Made by a program: the position numbers and the translations under genes
DNA from: an uncultured Gammaproteobacteria bacterium
GTDB lineage: Bacteria; Patescibacteriota; Microgenomatia; CAYQLK01
Assembly: GCA_964426075.1 (NCBI GenBank)
Contig: CAYROP010000002.1
Coordinates: 1-47,345 of the forward strand
Direction of reading: 5' to 3'
DNA: 47,345 bases
The notes under the pieces: model-generated
What the model was told of the DNA's origin: nothing
Databases searched by the model: none
Seen by the model: only the letters and a program-made list of their open reading frames with translations
Shown: positions 34,132 to 43,024 of the stretch, piece after piece
Layout: every line of letters begins with the position of its first letter
How positions within the stretch are numbered: position 1 is the stretch's first letter

Positions 34132-36138
34132 ATGCAACTCTCTGATTCTGTCGCGACAGTCTCTGGTATTGGTAATAAAAGTGCTGACAAACTAAGTAGA
34201 CTTAAAATCTTTACTGTTCGAGATCTATTATTCCATTTACCAAAAAAATACAACGACTTTTCCAAAACAATCGCTCTTTACGAGTTCGACACCCATCTAA
34301 ATGAAGAAATAACCACTCGTGCAACCGTTATCAATAAGGTTTTCCTAAGAGCTAGAACTGGTCGTAATCTAACTGCCGTGACTGTCTATGACGGCAAGGT
34401 TCGTAAGACTTTTATGTTTTTTGGTCCTCCATATATAACTAGCGACCTCAAAAAAAATCAGTCTTATTATTTCTTTGGCAAGCTAACCGCTTACCGCAAT
34501 CAGGTTTCAATTACTAACCCTGGCTTTACCCCAATTGAAGAGCAGGCTTCAAAATTTTCAACTATTTATCCCTTAACTGCAGGTCTAACGAACAAATTTT
34601 TTACCAAAAATATTAACAAAATCCTTAACTCAGACATTAATTTTTCCAAACTCGATTTTATCAAGAACTACTTAGACGCTAAAACTTTAGACCTTTATCA
34701 ATCTTTAGAAACTATTCACAACCCTAACGACTTAAGCTTAATCGAAAATGCCAAAAAGAGACTGGCAATCGACGAAGTTGTCTTAGTCCGCCTTGCTAAC
34801 AGCTTACGACGCAAAAAATGGCAGAAAAAACTACAAACTAATAAGTACAAAAACTTTCCGGTTGAAAATATTCTCAAAAACCTACACCTCACCTTGACCA
34901 ATGACCAACTACAAGCTTTAGACGACATCGTTTGTGATTTCAAAAAATCAGAACCTGCCAATCGCGTAATTCAAGGTGATGTAGGCTCAGGCAAAACTAT
35001 TGTCGCCGGTATCGCCGGAGCAGTAACTGCAAGCAACAATTTACAAACGATCTTACTTGCCCCAACCGAAATCCTCGCCAATCAGCATCTAATCTCACTA
35101 CAAAAATTCTTTCCAAGCCTTGATATTGGCATATTTACTGGTTATAAAAAAATCTGGGGCAAAGATATTACAGTTGGCACCCATGCTTTACTTGAAAAAA
35201 AGGCATTGGAACACTTTAAGAAAAACAAGGTGGGACTTGTCGTAGTTGACGAACAACACCGCTTTGGCGTCAATCAAAGATCCAAGATATTTGGCCTTGG
35301 CGCGCGTAAAAATATTTATCCTCATTTTTTATCACTTACTGCCACACCAATTCCCAGAACAATTGCACTAACTATTTATGGCGATGTTGACCTTAGCCAA
35401 ATCAAATCATTCCCCAAAGGCCACAGACAGGTTACCAGCCATATTTTAACTTCCAATCAAAAACCCAAAGCCTACAATTTCATTGAAAGCGAACTACAAA
35501 AAGGCAATAGCGCATTATTTATTGCGCCAATAATTGAAGAGTCAGAGACCCTACAGGGAGAAATCGAATCAGTTAAAAAATTATTCTTAGAGGTTAATAA
35601 ATATTTCAAAAATAAAAAAGTATTTTTACTTCACGGCAAACTCAAATCAACTGAGAAAGAGCAAATTTTAGCCGATTTTGCCAATAACCCTGGCACAATT
35701 CTTGTCTCAACTCCAGTTGTTGAGGTTGGAATCGATATTCCTGATCTTTCGATTCTGGTTATTAGTTCCTCAGAAAGATTTGGTCTATCTCAACTTCACC
35801 AGCTAAGAGGTCGTATCGGCAGAAAAGGGCAGAAAGCATATTGTTTCCTGTTTCACTCACAAGACAAAACAAACTCTACTCGCCTTAAACATTTTATCGC
35901 CGAACACGATGGCGGCAAACTTGCCTTATTAGATCTCAAAGTTAGAGGAGCAGGGGAAACATACGGTTATCTACAACACGGCAAAGGTAATTTTAAAATC
36001 GCCGATCTTTCTTCGATCGATGAAATAAAAAAAGCCTCTAATATAGCTGACCAAATACTTTTAGCTGATCCAGATTTGACTAATCCATACATCAAAGAAT
36101 ACTTACAATCGTTTGCTACTCCAGATCCAATCGACTAG
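34132..36138 (+). CDS. recG: ATP-dependent DNA helicase RecG
   Basis: N-terminal wedge/OB region; helicase motifs GDVGSGKT, DEQHRFG, SLTATPIPRT and QLHQLRGRIGR. Confidence 0.85.
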   Translation: MQLSDSVATVSGIGNKSADKLSRLKIFTVRDLLFHLPKKYNDFSKTIALYEFDTHLNEEITTRATVINKVFLRARTGRNLTAVTVYDGKVRKTFMFFGPPYITSDLKKNQSYYFFGKLTAYRNQVSITNPGFTPIEEQASKFSTIYPLTAGLTNKFFTKNINKILNSDINFSKLDFIKNYLDAKTLDLYQSLETIHNPNDLSLIENAKKRLAIDEVVLVRLANSLRRKKWQKKLQTNKYKNFPVENILKNLHLTLTNDQLQALDDIVCDFKKSEPANRVIQGDVGSGKTIVAGIAGAVTASNNLQTILLAPTEILANQHLISLQKFFPSLDIGIFTGYKKIWGKDITVGTHALLEKKALEHFKKNKVGLVVVDEQHRFGVNQRSKIFGLGARKNIYPHFLSLTATPIPRTIALTIYGDVDLSQIKSFPKGHRQVTSHILTSNQKPKAYNFIESELQKGNSALFIAPIIEESETLQGEIESVKKLFLEVNKYFKNKKVFLLHGKLKSTEKEQILADFANNPGTILVSTPVVEVGIDIPDLSILVISSSERFGLSQLHQLRGRIGRKGQKAYCFLFHSQDKTNSTRLKHFIAEHDGGKLALLDLKVRGAGETYGYLQHGKGNFKIADLSSIDEIKKASNIADQILLADPDLTNPYIKEYLQSFATPDPID

Positions 36139-36157
36139 TTATTTATAACCTCTAGTA

Positions 36158-36186
36158 TTGATTATTTTATATTGTTGAATTAAAAT
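36158..36186 (+). promoter_or_regulatory. Sigma70-type promoter of the 116-aa unknown gene
   Basis: TTGATT (36158-36163), 17-nt spacer, TAAAAT (36181-36186). A 5' hairpin atttcc-aac-ggaaat follows. Confidence 0.5.
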
Positions 36187-36222
36187 TTCCAACGGAAATC
36201 GCACTCGCAAAGGAACTTTAAA

Positions 36223-36573
36223 TTGTCCAAGACCAAAAAAAGTAAAAAGGGTGGAAAAAAGGTTAAGGAGCAAAGGGTAGAGACTCCCACTATCGCAGAA
36301 GAGCCCACTGCCCTCCGCCCAACCCCACCTCGAGGTCCAGGCCTTGATCTCTCAAAGGTCACCAATTCCACACCTGATGTTCGGGATCTAGACAGAGAAC
36401 TGCGATTCTGTCTGGAACAGCCGAACCCCAGAGACGCCGAATGCGTTCGACTGCTTGTCGGGCACGTAGTAAGCAACAATCTGCAAGTTCTCGAACAAAA
36501 AAGTCATCTAGGCGAAGCCAACAAAGCCCTTCTTGGCGATGCCATTGCAACCCTCCGCAGACTCATCGCTTGA
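36223..36573 (+). CDS. Hypothetical protein (116 aa), Lys-rich N-terminus then GC-rich body, no recognisable family
   Basis: TTG start 9 nt after aaagga. There is no in-frame ATG near the 5' end. Has its own promoter and terminator. Confidence 0.5.
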   Translation: MSKTKKSKKGGKKVKEQRVETPTIAEEPTALRPTPPRGPGLDLSKVTNSTPDVRDLDRELRFCLEQPNPRDAECVRLLVGHVVSNNLQVLEQKSHLGEANKALLGDAIATLRRLIA

Positions 36574-36582
36574 TACAAACCC

Positions 36583-36619
36583 TCCCCCGTAAATCATAAA
36601 AGTTTGCGGGGGATTTTTT
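36583..36619 (+). terminator. Intrinsic terminator
   Basis: Stem tcccccgtaaa / tttgcggggga, followed by T6. Confidence 0.7.
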
Positions 36620-36622
36620 ATG

Positions 36623-36651
36623 TTGACTTAAAAATTACCGCTGTATATAAT
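36623..36651 (+). promoter_or_regulatory. Sigma70-type promoter of rpmF
   Basis: TTGACT (36623-36628), 17-nt spacer, TATAAT (36646-36651). Confidence 0.55.
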
Positions 36652-36679
36652 TCGCAGGCTTAAATAACTAACAAAATAA

Positions 36680-36847
36680 ATGGCACCCGTACCAAAAAAA
36701 CATTTATCAAAAGTCAGGCAAGGTAAAAGACGCGCAACCTTAAGTGTTGCAAGCGTTCGAACTGTCTTGTGCAAAAACTGCAACTCTCCCAAACTTCCGC
36801 ACCGAGTTTGCCCTAACTGTAATACTTACAAAACTCGTAGCTACTGA
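36680..36847 (+). CDS. rpmF: 50S ribosomal protein L32
   Basis: My own translation: MAPVPKKHLSKVRQGKRRATLSVASVRTVLCKNCNSPKLPHRVCPNCNTYKTRSY. It has the L32 N-terminal motif and a CxxC...CxxC ribbon. It is below the ORF-track size cutoff. Confidence 0.85.
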   Translation: MAPVPKKHLSKVRQGKRRATLSVASVRTVLCKNCNSPKLPHRVCPNCNTYKTRSY

Positions 36848-36905
36848 ACTAACTAACTAGTTGCTACATTATTTTTAGGTATAATCTTAAATAATGTAAG
36901 TATTT

Positions 36906-37307
36906 ATGAAATCCAAAACTGACCCGCGTCACAAACATCGCATTAAACTCGTCAGAATGCTATTTGCTTACGAATTTGACCACGACCAAGCAGACTTTTC
37001 CGAAATCCTTCCAATTACCAAATCAATTACAGATATTGACCTAGAAATTGCCAAAAACGCTCCTGCTTGGCCAATCGAACAAATTTCCAAAATAGACTTA
37101 GCAGTTTTAAGACTTGCTGTTTATGAATTACTTATTGATAAAAGCCAACCGCAAAAAGTTGTTATCGACGAAGCAATTGAACTTGGAAAAGAATTCGGCA
37201 ATGAACACACCAGCTCATTTATTAACGGTGTTTTAGGATCGGTCGTCAAAGAAATTCCACCTACTGAACCAAAGCAAGAATCAGAAAAAACTAAAGAAGC
37301 AGAATAA
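36906..37307 (+). CDS. nusB: Transcription antitermination factor NusB
   Basis: 133 aa. RHKHRIKLVRMLFAYEF and VVIDEAIELGKEFG...SFINGVLG are typical of NusB. Confidence 0.8.
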   Translation: MKSKTDPRHKHRIKLVRMLFAYEFDHDQADFSEILPITKSITDIDLEIAKNAPAWPIEQISKIDLAVLRLAVYELLIDKSQPQKVVIDEAIELGKEFGNEHTSSFINGVLGSVVKEIPPTEPKQESEKTKEAE

Positions 37308-37352
37308 AGGGTTGTTTTTTGTTATTTTTTTCTTGTAAGATACCAAATAGAT

Positions 37353-37583
37353 ATGGAAACTATTACACAAGTCATCAAAACAGTTGCAGAAACGACGGGT
37401 AATTTGGTCGAAGATGTTACTGAATCTTCTGATCTAAGAATTGACCTCAACCTCTCTGAATTAGAAATAAGAGATACAATAACTGCACTCGAGGAAGAAT
37501 TTGATATTGATTTATCACACACTGACATCGAACAGGTTAACACTGTTCACGACTTAGCAACCGAAGTCGAAGACAAATTATAA
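37353..37583 (+). CDS. Acyl carrier protein-like small acidic protein
   Basis: 76 aa, acidic four-helix pattern. DLNLSELE occupies the position of the DSL phosphopantetheine site. Located immediately upstream of rnc. Confidence 0.55.
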   Translation: METITQVIKTVAETTGNLVEDVTESSDLRIDLNLSELEIRDTITALEEEFDIDLSHTDIEQVNTVHDLATEVEDKL

Positions 37584-37596
37584 AATATTTTTAATT

Positions 37597-38331
37597 GTGG
37601 CCAAAAAATCCAATACAGAGTTGCTTTTTGATAACTTCCCAATATCCGAAGCCGAAAAAGCTTTAAGTGTAAAATTCAAAAATCCAAAACTCTTAGCCAA
37701 CGCCTTCGTACACAGATCATACTTAAACGAAGTCTCAGCTCCAGATACAGTTTTTACACACGACAACGAAAGGCTAGAATTTCTTGGCGATAGTGTTTTA
37801 TCGTTGATTGTCTCCGAGCATTTATATTTAACCTATCCTGACCAAAAAGAGGGAATACTCACTCACTACCGTTCAGTTCTAGTCAGAACTGAAAGTTTAG
37901 CTGAAATGACAACACAACTTGACCTTGCCAAGTTTTTATTCCTATCCAAAGGTGAACACGAAAGAGGGGGCACTAAAACTAAATCTATCCTCGCCAATAC
38001 CTATGAAGCGGTTCTCGGAGCAATTTTTCTTGACCTAGGCATTCTTACTGCTAAAAAATTCGTCTTCCGCACACTACTTAAAGGCCCATCAAGCCATCTT
38101 GAAAGTTCGCTCCTGGATCCTAAAAGCAGACTGCAAGAAATTGTTCAAAAACGCTTTAAAAGTTCTCCTTTTTATAAAACAGTTTCTGAAAGTGGCCCTG
38201 ATCATGCAAAAACATTTACCGTTGAGGTTCTAATTAATCGCGTCGTCTCTGGCACCGGCAAGGGCAACAGCAAACAAGAAGCTCAACAGGACGCCGCCAA
38301 GGTAGCACTTAATAATTTAATTGAAAAATAA
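37597..38331 (+). CDS. rnc: Ribonuclease III
   Basis: ERLEFLGDSVL signature and a C-terminal dsRBD (GPDHAKTFTVEV...GKGNSKQEAQQDAA). GTG start. Confidence 0.9.
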   Translation: MAKKSNTELLFDNFPISEAEKALSVKFKNPKLLANAFVHRSYLNEVSAPDTVFTHDNERLEFLGDSVLSLIVSEHLYLTYPDQKEGILTHYRSVLVRTESLAEMTTQLDLAKFLFLSKGEHERGGTKTKSILANTYEAVLGAIFLDLGILTAKKFVFRTLLKGPSSHLESSLLDPKSRLQEIVQKRFKSSPFYKTVSESGPDHAKTFTVEVLINRVVSGTGKGNSKQEAQQDAAKVALNNLIEK

Positions 38332-38350
38332 CACTAAAAAAGCATCAAGC

Positions 38351-38378
38351 TTGACACAGCTTCATTAGCCAGTATAAT
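38351..38378 (+). promoter_or_regulatory. Sigma70-type promoter of rpsP operon
   Basis: TTGACA (38351-38356), 16-nt spacer, TATAAT (38373-38378). Confidence 0.55.
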
Positions 38379-38412
38379 CTGCTTGAACACAAATCAATTT
38401 CAAATATCTTTT

Positions 38413-38640
38413 ATGGTAAAAATCAGACTAACTAGAACAGGCAAAAAGGGAAGCCCTAGCTATCGCATCGTCGCGGTTGACTCTCGTGGCCCAAGAGATG
38501 GCAAATATATTGAAAACCTTGGAACCTACGACCCTAAGACCAAACCAGCTTCAGTTGAGCTTAAAAAAGATCTCATTGAAGCCTGGATCAAAAAAGGTGC
38601 ACAACTTTCTCCAACCGTTAGATCATTAATGGCTAAATAA
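38413..38640 (+). CDS. rpsP: 30S ribosomal protein S16
   Basis: MVKIRLTRTGKKGSPSYRIV is a typical S16 N-terminus. The ORF-track start at 38383 lies at the predicted transcription start, so the ATG at 38413 is preferred. Confidence 0.9.
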   Translation: MVKIRLTRTGKKGSPSYRIVAVDSRGPRDGKYIENLGTYDPKTKPASVELKKDLIEAWIKKGAQLSPTVRSLMAK

Positions 38641-38870
38641 TGAAAGATTTTGTTCTCTTTATCCTCGAATCAATCGTCGATCACCCAGAATCAGTCGAAG
38701 TTTTAGAAGAAACCACCGACAACGAAACAAAACTTACAATTACTGTCCACCAAGAAGATATCGGGCAAGTAATCGGCAAAAATGGTCGCATTATCCGCTC
38801 TATCCGCTCATTGGTAGGCATTTTAGCTACTCAGCAGGGTACATACTGCAGAGTAGAAGTTTCTGCCTGA
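38640..38870 (+). CDS. KH-domain RNA-binding protein (YlqC/UPF0109-like)
   Basis: 76 aa with the GQVIGKNGRIIRSIR GxxG KH motif. Conserved position between rpsP and trmD. Confidence 0.75.
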   Translation: MKDFVLFILESIVDHPESVEVLEETTDNETKLTITVHQEDIGQVIGKNGRIIRSIRSLVGILATQQGTYCRVEVSA

Positions 38871-38907
38871 TTTTCCCCCTCAAATTAGCTTACAATCAAT
38901 AATAAAT

Positions 38908-39555
38908 ATGATTATCAATGTTTTAACCTTGTTTCCTGAAATATTTAAAACGTATATTCAAACCTCGATTATCGGCAAAGCTATCAAAAACCGTCTCGTC
39001 GAAATAAATCTTTATGATCTTAGAGATTTTGGTATTGGGGAAAGAAAAAGTGTTGACGGCAAACCTTATGGCGGTGGGGGTGGTATGGTCTTAAGGGTTG
39101 ATGTTATTGACTCAGCTATCCAAAAAATACGTCTTAATAACCCAGAAACCAAAATAATATTACTTTGCCCAACTGGGACTACTTACAACCAACAAACTGC
39201 AATTAATTTATCTAAAAAAACTTCAATTACTCTAATCTGTGGACACTACCAGGGGTTTGATCAAAGAATCTATCCACTTGTTGATCAGGTAATATCAATA
39301 GGTGACTATATAACCACAGGTGGCGAAACCGCAGCTCTATCAATATTAGACTCGGTTACCAGACTGCAACCCAATGTACTTAACCCCGACTCACTAACCA
39401 ACGAAACCTTTCAGGATAATCTAACCGAAGCCCCACTTTACACCGAACCCCCCGATTATCAAGGTCAGAAAGTTCCTGAAATTCTTCTCAGTGGAAACCA
39501 TAAAGCAATAGAGGAGTATCGCCAAAAAAACCGCAAAAAAATCCCCGCCAGATAA
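38908..39555 (+). CDS. trmD: tRNA (guanine37-N1)-methyltransferase
   Basis: LTLFPEIF, DGKPYGGGGGMVL and GHYQGFDQR motifs. Confidence 0.9.
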   Translation: MIINVLTLFPEIFKTYIQTSIIGKAIKNRLVEINLYDLRDFGIGERKSVDGKPYGGGGGMVLRVDVIDSAIQKIRLNNPETKIILLCPTGTTYNQQTAINLSKKTSITLICGHYQGFDQRIYPLVDQVISIGDYITTGGETAALSILDSVTRLQPNVLNPDSLTNETFQDNLTEAPLYTEPPDYQGQKVPEILLSGNHKAIEEYRQKNRKKIPAR

Positions 39556-39615
39556 AAACCTGAAGATTAAACGTAAATACAAAGTTATAGGATTAGTTTT
39601 GTTGAAAAAAATCAA

Positions 39616-40440
39616 CTAAAAAGGATTCTCAACCGAGCCAGTTGATTTAAGATCCGGCAAGGTAGAAACTACTCGATATCCCTTTATTTTGGCAATTGCA
39701 TCTGTTTCTTCCTTAGTTAGTTTCGTAATCGCCAACTTAGGATCAGGCAAAGTTGCTGGCAAAGTTTTATAGTAAGCAACCCCAGAAACTAACACCCTTA
39801 CAAGACCCAAAGTAGCATCGCCTTCGGTTGAAATGTTTATCTGATTAAGATCAATTAGCCTAAGAGTCAAAGGAAAGGCTGCTAAAAACTGCTCAACTTG
39901 AGCGTACGGCCCAGTCATCGTCGACTGAAAATCAAAGGTCTCGACCCCTTCAACAACTTTTGAACCGGTCGGCGCAATGATTTCATCAGCTGAAACTTCA
40001 GCTGCAGTCTGCTCAGATACTGGCACAATGACAGCCGAACCAGATGACTCTTTTTGAACATATCTAAGCTTACCTGGAGCAACTTGGATAGTCTGCATAA
40101 TTAATCCATTTTCTGCAGCCAATCTCTGCATACCAGATACCAAACCAATTGCATCTTTTGATGAGGGAACTGCTGAGTTGAGTAAAGTAATATCACTTTG
40201 TAACTGTGAAGCATTTTCAGAAGCCAATACCTTATTTTTATCTTCCAAATTTTTCAAATCCGTATTCACCTGAGAAATACTCTTAAACAAATCAATCGTC
40301 TCAGTAAGCTTTGGAATACCAATCGTAAACACCACAACTAACATAACTAAAAGAGCCAAAGCCGGAACCAGCAAACCTTTAGCTTTTTTTGCCTCGGTTT
40401 TGATGATTGGACTGTTATTTATACTACTACCAAGTTCCAT
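39616..40440 (-). CDS. Type IV pilus assembly protein, PilO-like (single TM + coiled coil)
   Basis: Located downstream of pilM and pilN. N-terminal TM helix, then a coiled-coil segment. The assignment comes from context and topology only. Confidence 0.45.
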   Translation of the reverse strand: MELGSSINNSPIIKTEAKKAKGLLVPALALLVMLVVVFTIGIPKLTETIDLFKSISQVNTDLKNLEDKNKVLASENASQLQSDITLLNSAVPSSKDAIGLVSGMQRLAAENGLIMQTIQVAPGKLRYVQKESSGSAVIVPVSEQTAAEVSADEIIAPTGSKVVEGVETFDFQSTMTGPYAQVEQFLAAFPLTLRLIDLNQINISTEGDATLGLVRVLVSGVAYYKTLPATLPDPKLAITKLTKEETDAIAKIKGYRVVSTLPDLKSTGSVENPF

Positions 40441-40441
40441 A

Positions 40442-40987
40442 TTATTTATCTGCGACTTTTACAATTGCGCTTACGGTAAAATCAAAACTGCCATCTTCTC
40501 GCCCTTGAATTGAACTAAGGTTCACATCGCTAAACATTTTCCCGCCTTTAGTTGGATCAAGAAGCAGTGTGGTGAATGTCGACAAATCTTGAGCCGACAG
40601 TGCTTTACCATTTATTGTAATAGAGTTACCTTCTTTAAAACTAAAATCAGTAAACCTAACACCGTCTGGCAAAATACTCTTTAAGGTTCTGAATATTCCA
40701 ACATAATCAATTCTTTGCGCCAAAACATTTTTTACTCCGATAGCTTTTTCATTCCGGACCAATAATTTTGATTCTGTGGCTTGCTTAGAAACAATTTGAT
40801 CTTCCAAAGTCTTTGATTTCGATGCCAAAGTACCCAACTGACCATTAACGTAAAAACTTGCACCAAAAATAAGAGCAATAAATATTGCCAAGACAACCAA
40901 TAATCCTATGACTATTTTCTGTAACGGAGAAGCCTTTTTTGATTGTGCCGCCTGAATATCTTGGGGCAGCAAGTTAATATCGGACAT
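40442..40987 (-). CDS. pilN: Type IV pilus assembly protein PilN
   Basis: N-terminal INLLP motif (MSDINLLPQDI), followed by a TM helix. Follows pilM. Confidence 0.65.
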   Translation of the reverse strand: MSDINLLPQDIQAAQSKKASPLQKIVIGLLVVLAIFIALIFGASFYVNGQLGTLASKSKTLEDQIVSKQATESKLLVRNEKAIGVKNVLAQRIDYVGIFRTLKSILPDGVRFTDFSFKEGNSITINGKALSAQDLSTFTTLLLDPTKGGKMFSDVNLSSIQGREDGSFDFTVSAIVKVADK

Positions 40988-41024
40988 TGTTAATTAATTA
41001 TTAATATCTCTATCATATACAACT

Positions 41025-42044
41025 TCAGCTTCGTAGAGCAAGGCCTGCCGGAGTAACAAATATACTTCTTATCTTTGCCAAGTCGGCCGGAATATTTGCT
41101 GCATCCACTTGAACAAACGGGTCGGTAATTTCTGCCTCTAAACTAAGTCTTTCTGTTAAATATTGTGTCAATCCCGGTAATGACGCTCCTGGTCCAAACA
41201 AACTAATTCTTCTAACAGGAAACATTGGTTCAGTTGCGGTAGCTAACGCTACTGTGCGTCCAATTTCTGAAACGATTAACTCAAAAACAGGCGCAATTGT
41301 TGCTGCAATCTTTCCCTCCATTTGATCCTTTAGTAACCCGTAAGCATCTCGATACTCAACAGCTTGAGCCTCATTCAAACCAAGCTCAGCAACCAAAGCC
41401 CTAGTTAACGCCCTAGCACCGGTGGTAATAGATCTTGAGTATGTAGTTTTTCCTTCACGAAAAACAAAAAAATCAGCCCCATCTTCTTTTAATGAAACAC
41501 CTAAAGTCACAGGAGACCCTGGTGGGGCTGCAATTCTAGCTGAAGCTGTCCCTTCACTCTCCATTGAAGCGATTTTTAACCCAGCATGCGTACAGACACT
41601 AAAAAAATGATTCACAATCTTAAGTGGTGCGGCCACCAAAAAAACCTTCATTTTTTCCGCCGGATTTTCCGGACGATAAACTACTTCCCAAGTAATCGAG
41701 ACATCCTTTATTGGAAAGGGTAGATACTGCTCAGCTTCCCATTTAATTGCCGACGACAATTCTCTCTCAGTCAAATTGGGCATTTCAATAATCCGACTAA
41801 AAACCTGTGATTCAGGGAGTGACAAATAAACATTTTCCTTTTGTACCTTCGAGGCAGAAAATAGTTTTTTAATACTTTCAACTAAAGGCGCAGTATGTTC
41901 AGGGGCTTCAGACAGTGGATTGATCCCAAGCGGCAAATCTACCTTTCCCCAACCCACTAGTTTTTGAGGCTTGTCCAGCGTCAAAGCAATTACCTTAACA
42001 GCAGTATTAGAGATATCAAGACCAACGCAAATATTATTAGCCAT
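41025..42044 (-). CDS. pilM: Type IV pilus assembly protein PilM (actin-like ATPase fold)
   Basis: 339 aa with GLDISNTAVKV N-terminal phosphate-1-like motif. Synteny with pilN. Confidence 0.8.
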   Translation of the reverse strand: MANNICVGLDISNTAVKVIALTLDKPQKLVGWGKVDLPLGINPLSEAPEHTAPLVESIKKLFSASKVQKENVYLSLPESQVFSRIIEMPNLTERELSSAIKWEAEQYLPFPIKDVSITWEVVYRPENPAEKMKVFLVAAPLKIVNHFFSVCTHAGLKIASMESEGTASARIAAPPGSPVTLGVSLKEDGADFFVFREGKTTYSRSITTGARALTRALVAELGLNEAQAVEYRDAYGLLKDQMEGKIAATIAPVFELIVSEIGRTVALATATEPMFPVRRISLFGPGASLPGLTQYLTERLSLEAEITDPFVQVDAANIPADLAKIRSIFVTPAGLALRS

Positions 42045-42091
42045 TAACTTAACTATACTTGTTATGAAAAAATCTTTCCCGCCACCAAAAC

Positions 42092-43009
42092 CTACTGTTT
42101 GATAATGCCGTTTGCACCAAAGAGCACATAATCAAATATTGCTGGTAATGCTGGCTTACTTTTCACCACCTGAACAGCGCGAGTCAAATTACTTTGACCG
42201 CCTTCTTCGCCGATTGGTACTCTAGCTTTGGAAACAGTAATATCTACTTGCTGGGGAATAATTGCCGGACTAGCATTGATTGAAGATGTTCCGCTCTCAA
42301 CATAAATTGTTGCAGTATTATAAATTGCTCTAATTCTTACAATTTTTGTGTTTGGATTAAGAAATATCTCAGTTCTAGCCTGAAACGACTTACCGCCAGG
42401 TGAAGTAAATCCTGATGCTGGTAATGTTGCCACCAAAAACCCGTTCGCCCTAGTCGAACCAGGCGGATTCATTGCTGCCTTACCACGCACAGATCCAACG
42501 TTAGGCGGAATAGTTACATTTCCCGATCCATCTACATCTACAAGCGTATATTCAATCGACGGCACATTTGTCCTCTCATCTGATCCTGCGGCATTATTAC
42601 CCCAATACAAAACAATACTTGTTGCCGTCCTATTCTGAGGAGCTTGAGTATCAACCTTAATTTCCTGAACCCCACCACTAGCCAAAACGCTTTCCACATA
42701 AGCCAAACTCTGACTTGTCACATCAACCGCAACAGAACTACCACCAACATCGACAGTGAAATTATCTGCAAAATTTGCATTACCACTACCCAAAGCCTTT
42801 TCAATACCAGCCTCAGCTGCACTAAAAGCGCGCTGTGAAAATTCTGATTGAGTTGAAACCCTTAAATTGGTCAAAGATCTAGTCGCTACAGACAAACCAA
42901 TTGCCAAAGCTACAACCATTATCAAAAGTACCACGATTAAAATTTGTCCTTGGGGATTAAGTTTTTTGGGCATGTTTCTTAGGTATATTTTCAGCATAGT
43001 AGTTAACAC
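42092..43009 (-). CDS. Pilus-associated protein with a PilX-like N-terminal hydrophobic segment
   Basis: QGQILIVVLLIMVVALAIGLSVATRS N-terminal helix without the canonical G-F-T-L-x-E site. The start may be the ATG at 42973. Located in the pilin cluster. Confidence 0.45.
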   Translation of the reverse strand: MLTTMLKIYLRNMPKKLNPQGQILIVVLLIMVVALAIGLSVATRSLTNLRVSTQSEFSQRAFSAAEAGIEKALGSGNANFADNFTVDVGGSSVAVDVTSQSLAYVESVLASGGVQEIKVDTQAPQNRTATSIVLYWGNNAAGSDERTNVPSIEYTLVDVDGSGNVTIPPNVGSVRGKAAMNPPGSTRANGFLVATLPASGFTSPGGKSFQARTEIFLNPNTKIVRIRAIYNTATIYVESGTSSINASPAIIPQQVDITVSKARVPIGEEGGQSNLTRAVQVVKSKPALPAIFDYVLFGANGIIKQ

Positions 43010-43024
43010 TATTTAATGTCAAAT

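Noticed and set aside
36180-36550. ORFs 36180..36479 (-) and 36359..36550 (-) antisense to the 116-aa gene
   Set aside because: These are shadow frames in GC-rich sequence. Promoter, hairpin and terminator polarity all support the + strand.
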